DNA of 64,000 nucleotides from Escherichia coli (GTDB lineage Bacteria; Pseudomonadota; Gammaproteobacteria; Enterobacterales; Enterobacteriaceae): NCBI RefSeq assembly GCF_003019035.1, contig NZ_CP027448.1; one strand, 5' to 3'. Shown piece by piece: positions 61,832 to 64,000 of this stretch (position 1 is its first letter; each line of letters starts with the position of its first letter). The notes under the pieces were generated by a model. It saw only the letters and a program-made list of their open reading frames with translations, ran no database searches and was not told where the DNA came from. The position numbers and the translations under genes were made by a program.

Positions 61832-64000
61832 ATGAAAAAATCACAACTCTCAGTTATCATTAGTTCTTTCTTGTTTAGTCCGCTGGCATCCGCTGCACTG
61901 GTTACTTCAATAACAGCGAATCAGAATCGACTAGCTGTAGTAATGTCAGATGACGTTTTGAACAGTAACGATGGCAGCAATGCTGTTTATGCAAATGGAC
62001 AAAATTCAACAATTGATACTAATGGGTATACAATCACTACAACCGGAACACGCTCATTCGCTACTAATGCTAGCGATGGTGGTGTGGTAAGGAAAAATTG
62101 AGGTTTATGGTGTCAGTGCACATGCTATATCAGCCAAAGCAGGGGGAGTAGTAAACGTTAACGGTACGCAAACTATTGTTGAAGGAGTTAATTCAAATGG
62201 TGTTTTTGCCAATGGTGGCGACATACATTTAAAGCAAACCACAATTACTACAACGAATGAAAAAAGCTATGCCATTGCCTCAGAAAGTTCATCATCCGGA
62301 TATACTAGTATTTCTGACAGTCAGATAATTACATCTGGAAAAAATTCTCATGGTATTCATGCATCACAGGGCAATCTCACCGTTTCTGATTCTGATATAA
62401 AGACCACGGGAAATAACGCCCGGGGAATCAGCATTTCCAACAAGGCAGTAATTGATCTTAATAATGTCAGTATAACCACCTGGGGTGGAGAACGTGCTGA
62501 TGGTTTGGTCGTCGGCGGAGTGCTGAAAGGCCGGAATTTAGCTGTGCTTGCAGAAGGAAGCAATTCCTATGCTGCCGTTATGGCTGATACGGGAGTTCTT
62601 GATTTACAGGGCAGTTCCCTGGTTTCAAAACAATACGCAGCCCTGGACTTTACTAATCAGGGAAATAGCCGAACCGGAGCGATTGCCACCTTTGGCGACT
62701 CTTCCCTGCACGGAAATACTGCAGCTATCCTGGCCACAAATTCTGTTGGTCAGATTGACATGATAAATTCCACCGCTCGTTCAGATATGGGGATACTGGC
62801 CAATATTGGTAGCAATGCAGAAATAACTGTTGATGCATCACAGAAATCAGTCCTGTCAGGAACGACCAGTGTTGCTACAGGAAGTACTCTTAACATACTC
62901 CTGTCTGATGGTGCTTCCTGGATATCCGGTGGCGATTCCACTGTGACAAATCTTCTGCTGGATAACGGGAACCTGGTTATTTCCGGACCTGATGCCACCA
63001 GGAATGTGGGTAATGTCGTTACGGTAACCGGAGATTATCGGGGAAATAACGGGAATATCGAATTTAATACCGTGCTGGCAGGCGATGATTCTGCAACAGA
63101 CAAACTTATTGTTCAGGGCAATACCAGCGGTAAAACCTTTGTTACCGTAAACAAGGCGGGCGGTTCCGGAGCGCAGACGCTTAATGGTATTGAACTGATT
63201 CACGTCGACGGGCAGTCAGACGGTGAATTTACTCAGACAGGGCGTATTGCTGCCGGTGCCTATGACTACACGCTGGGACGTGGTACGGGAGTTAACAGTG
63301 GTAACTGGTATCTGACCAGTGGTAAAAACTCACCGATTCCGGACAGCCATAACAATGACCTGCGTCCAGAGGCTGGCACATACACTGCAAACCTCGTTGC
63401 TGCAAACACCATGTTTGTGACCCGCCTTCATGAACGTCTGGGGCAGACGCAATACGTCGATGCAATTACCGGAGAACCGAAAGCAACCAGTATGTGGATG
63501 CGCCATGAAGGAGGACATAACCGCTGGCGCGACGGTTCTGGTCAACTGAAAACTCAAAGTAATCGTTATGTGATTCAACTGGGTGGTGATATCGCACAAT
63601 GGGATTGGGGTGGAACTAACCGCTGGCATCTGGGGGTTATGGCTGGTTACGGTAACAACTATAGCAGTACAGGTGCAGTACGCACCGGATACCATTCAAA
63701 AGGCAGCGTAAATGGTTACAGTACCGGGCTGTATGCTACCTGGTATGCTGATGATGAGACTCATAACGGAGCTTATCTGGATACCTGGGCTCAGTACGGC
63801 TGGTTCAATAACTATGTGAAAGGAGACGGACTGCAGGGTGAATCCTGGAAATCAAAAGGACTTACCGCCTCTCTGGAAACAGGTTATACCTGGAAAGCGG
63901 GTGAATTTTCCGGCAGTCAGGGAAGCCTGAACGAATGGTATATCCAGCCTCAGGCTCAGATTGTATGGATGGGAGTAAAAGCTGATAAACACCGTGAAAA
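61832..64000 (+). pseudogene. AIDA-I/Ag43-like autotransporter adhesin gene, frameshifted at A5 tract (62093-62097); 3' end beyond window
   Basis: Signal-peptide ORF (61832-62101) stops at TGA; reading resumes in another frame from about 62102 with beta-helix-type repeats and autotransporter barrel-like C-terminal region, open to window end. Confidence 0.7.

Overview
This window is an F-like (IncF-type) conjugative plasmid segment, read mostly on the minus strand. All calls rest on reading the supplied ORF translations and the raw sequence against remembered protein families; no database search or computation was run, so boundaries are approximate and family names are recalled, not verified.

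Layout, in window order:
- 1-225: start of traI (minus strand, runs off the window).
- 307-932: vapBC toxin-antitoxin pair on the plus strand, sitting between traD and traI.
- 941-26196: near-complete F-type transfer operon in canonical order (traD back to traM), with finP antisense to the traJ leader.
- 26197-26610: oriT, with the F-type nick motif GTGGGGTGT/GGTGC at 26519/26520.
- 26611-43205: leading region (orf169 transglycosylase, DUF932, DUF905, hok/mok/sok, psiA, psiB, ParB-like protein, ssb, two orphan DNA methyltransferases, an ArdB/KlcA-like anti-restriction protein, several unnamed ORFs), punctuated by three copies of a ~0.63-kb structured repeat placed directly upstream of leading-strand genes.
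- 43560-53841: a LexA-box-controlled impC-impA-impB (umuDC-like) operon whose impB is split by an ~8.3-kb insertion.
- 53978-59522: P1-type parAB, an iteron-flanked RepFIB-like rep gene, resD and ccdAB.
- 61832-64000: an AIDA-like autotransporter gene interrupted by a frameshift in an A5 tract.

The most interesting item is the insertion in impB (44408-52696). It carries three overlapping recombinase-type genes, a WYL-domain regulator with a small 4-TM protein, and a translationally coupled gene pair: a metallo-beta-lactamase-fold protein with an Ala/Gly-rich C-terminal tail, followed by a 742-aa fusion with E2-like, E1-like (ThiF) and JAB/JAMM signatures. That is the domain set of CBASS Cap2+Cap3 but with no cyclase present, so I read it as a candidate ubiquitin-like-conjugation defence module on a mobile element. 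This is a hypothesis, not a confirmed system, and I cannot verify whether this gene pair is already named in defence-system catalogues.

No rRNA, tRNA, CRISPR array or transposase-type IS element was recognised.
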